A DNA stretch of 63,822 bases, counting the filler, from Trichomonas gallinae (taxonomy: Eukaryota): NCBI GenBank assembly GCA_008369845.1. It is 8 parts of 8 records of this genome, joined end to end, with 100 filler letters (N's around TTAATTAATTAA, not from the genome) between each part and the next. Parts side by side here need not be neighbours in the genome. Positions count along the whole stretch, not along the records: positions 18,444 to 39,020 come from MRSU01001081.1; 7 more parts are not named here. One strand, 5' to 3'. Every line of letters begins with the position of its first letter. Position 1 is the first letter of the stretch. Under the pieces are notes generated by a model that was given only the letters and a program-made list of their open reading frames with translations, ran no database searches and was not told the origin of the DNA. Positions 21,636-32,312 of the stretch are shown in pieces. The translations under genes were made by a program, and so were the position numbers.

Positions 21636-22124
21636 TTCTTTGCATCAAAACTCAAAAAACATACATTTAGATTTTAATACATTTATAATTCTCAATTTTA
21701 CTACTAATGTTCTTATATATATTAATTTATTATAGATTTTATTTTTCAAAATTAATATTGTTCATGTTTACGATTTAACACATATATAATCACATATAAT
21801 TTTATGTGCTTTGTTATAATTTCAATATTATTGTTATGGATTTTAATTTTTATTTAGGAAAATTATTAAATTGTTTTATTCATTGTTTTAATGATAATAT
21901 ATTTCATATACACAAAATATATGTTTTAAATTTACTTGTCTTTTCTTCCAAATCCAAAATTTTTTACAAAAAAAATTATTTTTCTAAAAATCAAAAATAT
22001 AAAATCTATATATTCTACAATATCAAAAATGCATATATACAAACTCCCAATGCTTAATTTCTATTCTGTGATGAGATATGAAAGAGAACCTTATTCACTT
22101 CAAAAACCGTTTTTATTGTTTTTG

Positions 22125-23315
22125 ATGAAAAGCAGCAGAAGTCCGCGAGTAGCTTCGAGAAACAGCGACAGAACGTCAGAGAAGTCGCCTGTTCCGAGCA
22201 CAATCTCAAATACGTCGTCAAACACAAGAAACAGAACAAAAACACCAAAAAGCAGGCAAACAGAGACTCCTAAGACCATCGCTGATGCACCAAACATGAC
22301 ACAATCACCAATAACACCGCAAAATCGCAATTCTAGACAGAATAATCAATCATCATCCAAATATTCAGATAAATCAACCCAATCACCGCCAAAGATCTAC
22401 TTCCATACATCTGTCGAATGCTTGACATCAAAATCAAGAATTTGTTCACCTTCAAAGATGAAAAATAGCGAAAACAAATCTCTTTACTCGCCTTCGCCTT
22501 CCAGCGCCAGAAAGAGCAATAGATCAACCACATTGGTCCAAAGTGAAGATAGTGAGCTTGTTTCTCTTGAAGATGCTGTAAAAACACATATCGTTAAATC
22601 TTCGAGATCTTCTGTTGTTAAAAGCAGAAGAAACACAGAAGCATCTTCTATTGTATCCAATAATCTCTCTGAAAGCATGCAAAACGATCAATCTCACATT
22701 TCTCATATTTCAAATTTTACAACAGAGTCAGAGCAGCCTGTTATCACTCTCAAGAAGACATATGCAGTTGTAAGAAAGAGTGACATTGGTTCTAAGGATC
22801 TACTTGAAGTTCCTGATGGATTCTTTATCACAGAACATGATCTACGCAGAGAAAGAGCTAGAAACAATTACAGTGAGACAGAATCAAGGTATTCTTTATC
22901 TAGCCAGTTAAGACCAAGCAGTGTAGCCCATAGTTCTTCAACTGTTGTTGATATTTCTTCTATGATGCAAATGGATTCACAAAATAGTCTCATGGTGAAT
23001 CCAGGAGCTTCACTCCATGAAAGAACACAGTCAGATGTTGAATCAAGGAACTCTATCAAATTATTAAATTCATCAGCTGTAGAAACATATAATACAGATT
23101 TAATGAAGGTCGGAGATTCATATTCACAGATAAATTCTGGTGCTGAAGTCATAGATTTTGTCACTGGCGAAAGCGATTTGGCTCCTGGACAAATTTCTTC
23201 TATTCTTCCTCATTACAGTCCACCATGTTCCAATTATGACGAAAGTGAAGAACTTACACCAGAAGATATGGGAATTTGGCTTGTTTATCCAGGAAAATCA
23301 AAAATTAATTTTTGA
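22125..23315 (+). CDS. Ser/Thr-rich low-complexity hypothetical protein
   Basis: Long ORF. ATG at 22125 chosen because TCACTT Inr lies upstream (~22096) and the region further 5' is AT-rich. Confidence 0.65.
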   Translation: MKSSRSPRVASRNSDRTSEKSPVPSTISNTSSNTRNRTKTPKSRQTETPKTIADAPNMTQSPITPQNRNSRQNNQSSSKYSDKSTQSPPKIYFHTSVECLTSKSRICSPSKMKNSENKSLYSPSPSSARKSNRSTTLVQSEDSELVSLEDAVKTHIVKSSRSSVVKSRRNTEASSIVSNNLSESMQNDQSHISHISNFTTESEQPVITLKKTYAVVRKSDIGSKDLLEVPDGFFITEHDLRRERARNNYSETESRYSLSSQLRPSSVAHSSSTVVDISSMMQMDSQNSLMVNPGASLHERTQSDVESRNSIKLLNSSAVETYNTDLMKVGDSYSQINSGAEVIDFVTGESDLAPGQISSILPHYSPPCSNYDESEELTPEDMGIWLVYPGKSKINF

Positions 23316-23546
23316 GTAATGTTCTTTATTCATAATTATGTTTAATAAAGCAAAAAGTTTTTTCAAACTTCTTATTTCTTCAATATTTATCATAATTATC
23401 AATGAAATTTTCTAATTTTTTTTATTTTTTACATCAAAATCCAAATATGAAGATGAAATTGGTAAAGATTGGTATATTTAAGAATAGTATAAAACATTTA
23501 GAAGATGAAAGAAACATAGAAATATTTGTAAATTTGATGTGAAGTT

Positions 23547-24644
23547 TTAAACTTCATTGTCGCTGTAATAGTTATATTCGTCTTCAGAGTAGTAATTTTG
23601 AGTTGTTTCTTGTGTATAATATGAACTTCCATCTTTTGTTCTTGAATAGTCAGTATATGACTGGTTCTCTGAATATGCTGTATCATACAAAACAGATTCA
23701 GTGTTAGTGAATGTTCCTGCTGTACTTCTGATATCGTTATAATCAGTAAAATCAGTTCCTGTATAATTACTTGCAGTTTGGGAATAAGCAGAATCAGCAG
23801 CTGTCGAATAAACTCTTTCTGTGTAATTTCCTGGTGTGTGTGAATAATTTGATTCATAATCAGTGTAATTTTGTGTGTAAGTAGAATATTCTGACATAGC
23901 ATAGCTAGCGGCTTCTGATGGCATTGTATCATCAGTTGAATCCAAATTTCTTGCATGATAATTTTGATTTTGGTAGGAATAGATTGGCTCCCTTCTATTT
24001 CTACTTTGCCTCAATGCTGGAGCTGCTTGAGTTGGATTAAAAGATGACGTGCTGTTGTAATCATAATTTGATTCGATGTCAGTTGATTCATAGTCATCGT
24101 CATCATTGAAATCGGAGTCACTGAGCTTCATTGAGACTTTCTGGTTCTGAGTTTCAGCTGAACGAGCTTGGTTTCTAATTTGACGTTTTCTTGGCTGAGG
24201 AATTGGCAAAATTGAATGATTACTGACAGATTTTTTGTCATCCTGTATGTGATCCGATGCTTCTGTGAGGATTTGCTTGGCTTTTTCGATCAATGTGAAA
24301 ATATCTGTTTGGTTGCGTTTTTTGTCAAGAATTTGGTTTAAATTCATTGATCTTGTCTGAATAGAGCCAAGTGGAGTTGAATTTCTGTGATTTTGAATTG
24401 GAGTCGTTTGATTTCTCTGTTTTTGGCCCAAAAGAGAGTAACGGTACTGTGATATCGGTGGACTTAAGGTCTTCCTGTCTACTGTCGGCGTGTTAAAGAA
24501 GGATTGTGTGGAAAAATTCTGCTGCTTCTGGCCAACAACAGGTGATAAGTACTGGCTTCCATACTGTGATCTATTTGGAGCTACCTCTAGTCTTGTTGGT
24601 GGATTTGGCCAGCCTTTTGAAGTTTCTCGCTGTGTATGAATCAT
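23547..24644 (-). CDS. Hypothetical disordered protein with Tyr/Ser/Thr/acidic C-terminus
   Basis: 365-aa ORF with coding-like composition. Confidence 0.65.
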   Translation of the reverse strand: MIHTQRETSKGWPNPPTRLEVAPNRSQYGSQYLSPVVGQKQQNFSTQSFFNTPTVDRKTLSPPISQYRYSLLGQKQRNQTTPIQNHRNSTPLGSIQTRSMNLNQILDKKRNQTDIFTLIEKAKQILTEASDHIQDDKKSVSNHSILPIPQPRKRQIRNQARSAETQNQKVSMKLSDSDFNDDDDYESTDIESNYDYNSTSSFNPTQAAPALRQSRNRREPIYSYQNQNYHARNLDSTDDTMPSEAASYAMSEYSTYTQNYTDYESNYSHTPGNYTERVYSTAADSAYSQTASNYTGTDFTDYNDIRSTAGTFTNTESVLYDTAYSENQSYTDYSRTKDGSSYYTQETTQNYYSEDEYNYYSDNEV

Positions 24645-24715
24645 TTACAAAAAAAAAAATAAATGATCAAAAAAATCTTTACAATAATTTACATTTTCGA
24701 AAAAATACCAGTTAA

Positions 24716-25077
24716 TTTACATGCCAATTGGCTCAAACTTTACACGTCAGATTTTGAATATTGAATACATAATGTTTTCAAAATAAATAATTTACATGTC
24801 ATACTGTCAAATTTGAAATCCAAAATTAATTATTTACATGACAGATTATAATTAACATTGGCGAATGACGGGATCTTCGCAGATAGATTTGCTCCATATT
24901 CAGAATATAGGTATGAAAACTCATAGCGATGATTTTTATAAGGATGTAAAACATTTTCCTGCATCCCTTATACATTTTCAACAAATGTTTGTTTATTTAC
25001 ATGCCAATTTTTATAAATTTACATGACAAATTTATAAATTTGAATGCCAGAATGGTTTCAAAATAAAAATTTACATG
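24716..25077. promoter_or_regulatory. Cluster of TTTACATG(NCA) motifs in a divergent promoter
   Basis: Exact copies at 24716, 24791, 24833, 24996, 25018 and 25070, plus variant TTTACACG at 24739. Confidence 0.5.
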
Positions 25078-25367
25078 GCATCGGAAATAGATTCATTTGC
25101 AATCTTATCAATTTGCAAATCTTATCAATTTATTTATAGCAAAATTGGATCGTTAATTTCAAAATTTTGGTTACTAATGACATAATTGCAATTCGATTTT
25201 TGCAACGATTTATTTTGAATACACACAATAATTGAATCAACCATTCAAATGAAATACACCAGACTAATGTTACCCAAAACAATTATGTCAATTGTGTATT
25301 TGTAAACTTTTCAAATATTTTTACAAGAAGTCACTTTTAAGTTGTGTTTTCAAAAATAATTTGTGAA

Positions 25368-26513
25368 ATGACTAGACCTTACAATACATCACAAAGTGTT
25401 TACTATATTGAAGATGATGAGCCTGTTGATTTCTACAGGATCAAGCGTCCCGGGGACAAAGAAAAACGATCCAATAACTCATCAATAATACGTCGACGCC
25501 CCAGAACTGCCGAAAAACCGGATACATCCTTCCAATTGGAGCTCCCACCAATGTCTAAAACAATGGGGCGCAAGAACAAATCACTTCCAACAAGCGCAAA
25601 ACGATCATCACCATTTTCAAAGTCGCATTTAGTACAAATCAGGTCTCCAAACAAGACATACCTAGTTTCCGATGGTAAATCAATAATGGTTACACAGTTA
25701 AGAGCTCCAATTATTCCTACAGACAATAATGAAAATAAAGTTGAACGTCAAACTAAGCCAGAAAAGCAAGAAAAACGTGAAGAAGATACAGATTGGGACT
25801 CATTACTCGAAGACTTCATTAAAACACACAAACTCGAAGATGAATCAAAAGCTTACAATTTATCAAAACACGCAAAAGCTAAACTAGCCAAAGCAATTGA
25901 CGAGGACGATTACCAGATGGGAGAAGAGCTGCACAAAACCATCAGATTACTGAATAAAATAGCTTTTCCAGCTGCTCCTCCTTTACCAATTATTACAAAC
26001 AACGAAAGAATTGCAAATGCGAATAAGGAAATTGATGAACTGAACCAGAAACACGACGAGAGATTAGAAATATACGAAAATCATCGCAAACAGTTGAATG
26101 ATCAAAGGAGATCAAGACAAGAAAGCGAAATAGAAGGTTTGACGAATCATTTAGGTACAAACAAGTTCCTTATGCCATTCCAAAAACCTTCTGGTGTATT
26201 ATTGAACGAAAAGAAGAAACAAAAGTTCTCAGCGAAATTAGGAGACTTCGAATCAGCTAAACAACTGAAGACTATTACTGAAAGAATGATGCAGAGTGAA
26301 GCAGAAGATGCAAAATCACGTGCTCTGCAACGTGCTGAAGAGATGCATACTTCTCTTGTCGAGAAGCATGTCAAAGAAGACTACTGTGCGGAGATGAATG
26401 ATGAAAGAAAGCGTTTGGCACTTGAAATGGATCGCGAAGCCGAAATCAATCCAATCAAGAGAAGAATTGAACAACTTGAAAGAGGTGTTCATCCACCACT
26501 TTATGTTTTTTAA
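25368..26513 (+). CDS. Coiled-coil hypothetical protein (related to 32313-33611)
   Basis: Charged helical C-terminal half with KPSGVLLNEKKK...GDFESAKQLK. First ATG at 25368. Confidence 0.75.
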   Translation: MTRPYNTSQSVYYIEDDEPVDFYRIKRPGDKEKRSNNSSIIRRRPRTAEKPDTSFQLELPPMSKTMGRKNKSLPTSAKRSSPFSKSHLVQIRSPNKTYLVSDGKSIMVTQLRAPIIPTDNNENKVERQTKPEKQEKREEDTDWDSLLEDFIKTHKLEDESKAYNLSKHAKAKLAKAIDEDDYQMGEELHKTIRLLNKIAFPAAPPLPIITNNERIANANKEIDELNQKHDERLEIYENHRKQLNDQRRSRQESEIEGLTNHLGTNKFLMPFQKPSGVLLNEKKKQKFSAKLGDFESAKQLKTITERMMQSEAEDAKSRALQRAEEMHTSLVEKHVKEDYCAEMNDERKRLALEMDREAEINPIKRRIEQLERGVHPPLYVF

Positions 26514-26841
26514 GATCTACATGTTATATGAAAATTCTTTACTTATAGTTTGAATCTTCATTTTTATATTTTAATTTTGTTAAAATTACAATGTTAAGTT
26601 TTTTACCGAAATTCAGCTTATATTCTCAAACACCTCAGTGTAACAGTATCAAATTTAGATTAAATAAAAGTGTCATTTATGGGCGTGAAAGCTTCATAAA
26701 TTTGAATTGAAAATAATCGTGTTTTATTTCGCAGGATTAACGGATTTTATTTTTTGATATTTTCCAACATTTTCGGATATATTGTGTAATTATGTTGCGA
26801 ATAAAAATTTTTATTTTTTCGTTTTTAAAAATTTTATTTCG

Positions 26842-29040
26842 ATGTCTGAAGAATTAAACACGGCCGATAAACAAGGAGAACAAGCAAATCAAGTCAAGAA
26901 GGACAACAAAGAGAAAGATTTCGACTATTATTACTCTGATTCGGAAGATAACGAAAACAATGATAATAAAAAATCAAAGAAAACAAACAACGAAAACGAA
27001 ACCAATAACCAAGAAAATGCCAACAATGAGAACCCGCAACTTCCAAACATCAAAAACATCCTCAGCGCTCCACCAAAGAAAATCAACAATGATACTGAGA
27101 AAAAGTACGATGTTGATGATACAAACGACAGTAGATCTGGACACAATAACGATGATGCTGCTTCTAAGCCAAAAGAACCATCAGAGCCTTCAACATCTCG
27201 TCGCAGAAAAGCGATTAAAAATAAATCATCCGAATCTGATGCAGAAGAGTCAGAAACATCGAACCAAGACCAAGCTACAGCAACAGAATTTCGTTTCGAA
27301 ACACTTAAAAAGGAAAATGATGTGAGAGCTCCAAGAAGACAAAATAACTCGAGAATGTCATGCAGCCAAAGATTGGAAGAAGGTAGCGATGTAGTGTTTA
27401 GAGAATTCAAAGGAAATTCGATCATGACTTATGATCCTAAAGATCCAACGAAAAGAATTACGGATCCATTAACATTGGAAGCCATATCTAACCTTTCAAT
27501 ATCAGAAAAAGACATTTTCTATCCATCTGATAAAGAAATTTTCGAATATACGCATGATCCTGTTCTTATTCCACAAGTCAGGCGCCAGTTGAACGATAGA
27601 GTAGACAGAGTTCGCTCATTTGTGCAGAGAGAATGCGAAAGGCTTCAAAGAGTTCCTCCGCCTGAAATTTTGTTGGCACAAAGAGCTCAGTACGCCAAAT
27701 CGAGGAGCACAAGCGCAGTATCTCCATCAAAGGCTGCCACAACATCATGTAAGTCATTTTTGGAGCTCGAAGCCGAAAGAAACGAAAAACAGAGACAAAG
27801 GAACATAAAAGAAGCTGAAAATCTTATCGCAGCTGTTTTACTGGAGCAAATCCGCAACGAAGAGGACGAGAGACAGCGTCAGCGTGAAATGGAGGAGATA
27901 GAAAGGCACAAGCAAGAAGTCAAACAGAAGAGAATCGAAGAGAAGAAGAGATTAATGGAGAACATGAGAAAAGCTGAAGAAAAAGAAAGAAGACGCGAAG
28001 AAGAGAACGAAATGAGACTTGCTAAACAGAGAGAAGACATGGAGAAGTTCGAGAGACTCCAGAAAATAAGAGAAGAACGTCGCAAAGAAGAATTTGAGCG
28101 CCAGGAAGAAGAAAGAAAGAGAAAACTCGAAGCAGCAAAACAAGCAGCAGAAAGAGCTGATGAAGAAAAGAGAATAAAAGCTGAAGCTCAAAGACACGAA
28201 ATTGAAGAGAGAGAAAGAAAATTCGCGGAAAAGAGAGCAGCAGAAAGAAGAGAAAGAGAAATTCTCAACGCAAGACTTGCCAAAGAAGCACAAGAACGTC
28301 TCGATGCATTAAGGCAGCAGCAGGAAGACATTCAGCAGAGAAAGAGAGAAATCTCGGAATCTAAAAGCGCTAGGACAGAAATCAATCTCAAAAAGTTCAT
28401 CGATGAAAGAAATGCGAAGACGATGGAAATAAGACGCAGGGAAGAAGAGAAACATGAGCGCGCGATGTATCACATCAGAGTCACAGAGAAGAGAATAAAC
28501 GAGCGCAAAAGATTAGCGATGGAATCAAGTGACATGAGGCATCGCGACATTATCAAAGAGAGAGAAGCGGAGAACCAGAGAGCGAGAACAAAGAGGGCAA
28601 TCACAGAGCAGATAAAGAACGAAGAGAAGGTTCAACAGGCAATCATGCTCAACGCGCAGAAGCAGGCAGAGGCACGCGAAAAGGCAAGGCTTTACGATGA
28701 GCACATGAGGAACTTGTACATTCAGGAGCAGGAGCGGAAACTTGCCTTGGAGCAACAAGAGAGAGCAAAAGCAGAGCTCGCAAAGAAGAAGGCAGATGCA
28801 CAGAGAGGTGATGCATTGATGAAGTCGGCACTCAAGAACTCCAATGCTAACGAAATCGTTAACTTGGCGTCGAAGTGGGGCCTCGATATCGACAAGATCA
28901 AAGAGAAGTTGTTGAGGAAGTCAAGAGTCATCAGACCTTCAAAGTCTAACATGTCTGTTCCTCCTCTTTCATCGAGGAGAAATAAACAGAATGACAATAC
29001 TCAACGTTCACTCAGATACCTCGCCAATCCAGGCGCATAA
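26842..29040 (+). CDS. E/R/K-rich (trichohyalin-like) coiled-coil protein
   Basis: Long ORF with a several-hundred-residue E/R/K/Q helical region. First ATG at 26842. Confidence 0.8.
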   Translation: MSEELNTADKQGEQANQVKKDNKEKDFDYYYSDSEDNENNDNKKSKKTNNENETNNQENANNENPQLPNIKNILSAPPKKINNDTEKKYDVDDTNDSRSGHNNDDAASKPKEPSEPSTSRRRKAIKNKSSESDAEESETSNQDQATATEFRFETLKKENDVRAPRRQNNSRMSCSQRLEEGSDVVFREFKGNSIMTYDPKDPTKRITDPLTLEAISNLSISEKDIFYPSDKEIFEYTHDPVLIPQVRRQLNDRVDRVRSFVQRECERLQRVPPPEILLAQRAQYAKSRSTSAVSPSKAATTSCKSFLELEAERNEKQRQRNIKEAENLIAAVLLEQIRNEEDERQRQREMEEIERHKQEVKQKRIEEKKRLMENMRKAEEKERRREEENEMRLAKQREDMEKFERLQKIREERRKEEFERQEEERKRKLEAAKQAAERADEEKRIKAEAQRHEIEERERKFAEKRAAERREREILNARLAKEAQERLDALRQQQEDIQQRKREISESKSARTEINLKKFIDERNAKTMEIRRREEEKHERAMYHIRVTEKRINERKRLAMESSDMRHRDIIKEREAENQRARTKRAITEQIKNEEKVQQAIMLNAQKQAEAREKARLYDEHMRNLYIQEQERKLALEQQERAKAELAKKKADAQRGDALMKSALKNSNANEIVNLASKWGLDIDKIKEKLLRKSRVIRPSKSNMSVPPLSSRRNKQNDNTQRSLRYLANPGA

Positions 29041-29290
29041 TTATTATTTATTTTTTCTCTCCATGAATTAAAGCGTTATTGTTATAGTAAATTGGTTAAG
29101 GATGCAAACTAATTAGGATAATGTCATTATTATTATTATTATTTTCGCTCGATGTAAGTGTTTCACAGTGGTATTGAAAATTATCTTCATGTTTTGATGA
29201 TAATCCTTTTCGCATATTATTAATTGTTGATTTATTTTGTTTTATGGAGATGAAATTTTGTCAATTTTCCTATGAATTAATAATGAATAA

Positions 29291-30269
29291 ATTAGATGGA
29301 AATTTATCTTCGAAGATTGGTCTACTTATTATGGGGATGGAATTCACCAATCTCTTGAAAGTGAAGTATCGCGACAAAATTTAATTGTTAGTGATGGAAC
29401 ATCATATTATATACTTCTTTGTAGTTTCTTATATCAGAAATTGAATGGTGCAATAAAATTTAATTCTTCTGTAGAAACTACAGATTTGTTAATTGAGTCG
29501 TCATTATTTGAGAACTGTTCCTCCACCAGGTGGCTCTGTATATTTTAAAATGGGTGAATGCATCCAAGAAAAAGTTTGTTATGTTAATTCATTATCAGAT
29601 CAATGTGGTCATGCATATTATTCCATTATTTCTAAAGGTCAAAGATGCTTTATGAAATATTCGAGTGCACATCTATGTGGTAATTTTCTGCAGAATCGTT
29701 GTATATATACTAACAATGGCATTTCTCAAATTGATAGCTTTAATATGACAAAAGAAATTGGACATGGAAACCCATCCTATGGACTTGAGAGTGTGGAAAC
29801 AGGTAGTTTTATTCAATATTTAAATCTAGTTAATAATACAGCGAATATTTCTTCTATAAATTTTCAATTCAATTTTATCTCTGGTGCTGAATTTAAAATT
29901 TTATATAGTAATTATGTGAAAAATGATGCATTAGCTGGATCAATTCTCTATTTGCTATCCTGCAGTCCATCTGCTAATATAGAAAACTGTTGTTTTAAAG
30001 AAAATATCTGTAAATCTGTTTTTTATACTTCAACTGGATTAATCGTCAAAAATTGTTTCTATGACCAATCCACGACTAGTGGTAGTACGGTCCAATTTCT
30101 ATCGTCAAGAGTTGATAGCAATACAATTTCATTGCCGCAATTAACACCGAAAAAATGTTTTAATTTTTCAGGAAATAAATTAGTATTCCATTCTTGCAAT
30201 GAAAACCAAGCATTTGCGAGCTTGTATAATATACTAATAAAATCAATTTATGTCACCATTTTGATTTAA
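29291..30269 (+). pseudogene. Frameshifted member of the Cys/beta-helix surface-protein family (related to 46115-47137 and 492-1736)
   Basis: Upstream frame EDWSTYYG...YYILLCSF...GAIKF...LLIESSLFENCSST shifts at ~29528 into GGSVYF...QEKVC. No in-frame ATG precedes it. Confidence 0.7.
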
Positions 30270-30707
30270 TCGCTCCTTTTTATATATATACATGTCAAAA
30301 TCTATAATTAATACACACAAAAACTTAAGTCCACTTGTTTCTGATGTTTACATAGACTTAAATCCAATCGGAAAGTTCTCAAAATAGAGATAAGATGAAC
30401 TTTACACAATAACAACATGCACACGCAGATATAATACGATAAGTCTAACAAGATTTGATATAATACATAGAAGTCGCCAAAAGATCTTCATTAGATCGCA
30501 TGCTGTAAGATCTCAAGATTGAGATAAGATTAGATCTTGACTCAATATATAAATGCCTCAAAAAGATGTTCATTGTATTGCATGTTGTAAGGTCTCAAAA
30601 ACGTAATTAATGTCGAAAACTAATTTTTGATTCTGATGTTTGTCAAATTGTCAATTTTTATCGAAATAAAAAAGGGTCTGATAAAAATATAGAGGGATAT
30701 ATTAATA

Positions 30708-31823
30708 ATGTCTATTTCTTCGCCTCCTTCTCAGTCCAAGATCATCGAAATAGTTTCGAAAGCATCCCCTGAGAATCCAGTGGACATGAGTTTGCTGAAG
30801 GATCTCGCGTTCAAGAGTTTAGACAACTTTCCATTATTGGATCGAGCTTATGCATGGCTTGCGATGACTGGCTTCCTCAAAAATGGGCTGCAGCAGTTCG
30901 AAGCAAACCTAAAAAAGCAGTTAACATCATACAAAGACTACAGCGAATTTCACGGTACAACGAATTTTCACAAGAAAACGTATCCATCACATTATCCATG
31001 CGGAGACTTTGGCCTGAAGTGTGACGATATAATGTCAACAATACACGGAGATGTTGTTAGAACAGGTAGACTTATTTTCTTTTTAGATCCTTTACCTTTA
31101 GAAGAAATTAAAAATGACGCGAACGATCCAAATCAGAAGTATAAAGATGATCAGGATGCAGTGTTATCTAACTGGGAACAACATATTAGAAGATTGGAAA
31201 GAATTTTATATACATTTGCAATGCTTAACACGGGAATTTCTTATATGCAAGGCTTCAATGAACTAATATTTCCGTTTTACTATGTTCTAACGAAAGGATT
31301 CAATTGGTTAGATAATTATCTCGATATTTGCGAATGTTTGGCATTTAATATGTTTCAATGGTTGTTTACAAATACAACAATATTCGATTTTTATACAACT
31401 TCTGATCATTCGATTATTATGAAACATTTAAACGAATTTGTTCAATTACAGAAGGTGCATTTACCAAAAGTCGCAAAGGTTATTGAGCACCATAACATTC
31501 ATCCTATTTATTACTGCATGCGTTGGTTTACTTTATTATTTTCACAAGAACACGAATTACCATATCTTCTTAGTATATGGGATGCTTTGCTTAGTCATGG
31601 AAAATGTTTGATGGACTATGCACTGTATGTTGCTTTAGGACATCTAAAAATAATTGAAAATAAAATTATCGACAAAGAGTACAATTTCGTTATTGAAACT
31701 CTCCAAAACATTGAAGTTAAGAACCAAATCAAGCCATTGCTTATGTTTGCTGCTCAATGTTTTAATGAAGATAATTCTCCGAGAAAAACATTCGCTGATG
31801 CCTTCAAAAGCTTCTTCAAATAA
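30708..31823 (+). CDS. TBC-domain Rab GTPase-activating protein (TBC1D13-like)
   Basis: IHGDVVRT (Arg finger), YMQGFNE (Gln finger), RWFTLLFSQEH...IWDAL. Confidence 0.93.
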   Translation: MSISSPPSQSKIIEIVSKASPENPVDMSLLKDLAFKSLDNFPLLDRAYAWLAMTGFLKNGLQQFEANLKKQLTSYKDYSEFHGTTNFHKKTYPSHYPCGDFGLKCDDIMSTIHGDVVRTGRLIFFLDPLPLEEIKNDANDPNQKYKDDQDAVLSNWEQHIRRLERILYTFAMLNTGISYMQGFNELIFPFYYVLTKGFNWLDNYLDICECLAFNMFQWLFTNTTIFDFYTTSDHSIIMKHLNEFVQLQKVHLPKVAKVIEHHNIHPIYYCMRWFTLLFSQEHELPYLLSIWDALLSHGKCLMDYALYVALGHLKIIENKIIDKEYNFVIETLQNIEVKNQIKPLLMFAAQCFNEDNSPRKTFADAFKSFFK

Positions 31824-32312
31824 TTTTCTATCTGATTTTTCTTTTATTTGTGTTTGTTATCATAAATTTTTAATTTTATCAAATTTGAAATAAGCAAAAA
31901 CTATTATCATTTTTGATAAATTATTTGTGAGTATGAGAAATTTGATATACTTTTTTGAATAAATCAATTTTTATATTTCAAATTTGATTTTGAGGTAAAA
32001 GTCGTAAATCTCGCCGCAAGTTATAGACACATGACCTACATTATACGAAAACAGGGCTCAGAAATTATATTTTTCATTATTTAACCGCTGTTATGTTTCT
32101 TATCCATATATTGAAGCTCAATTATATCTTGGGAGAAACATTATTTTGCAAAAAAATCTTTTTTGATGTTAAACTATATATCAAATCATTAAAATAGTAT
32201 AATATGCTACATACATGAGTAGAGTAGTAAAGGAACATGAGAAAATGATGATGCTGGAGAAGACAATATAAATAAAAACAATAAGAATATTTAAAACAAA
32301 AAAGAAATAGAT

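Noticed and set aside
30479..30598. CRISPR-like repeat-spacer appearance
   Set aside because: Only two divergent copies, eukaryotic context, no cas genes.
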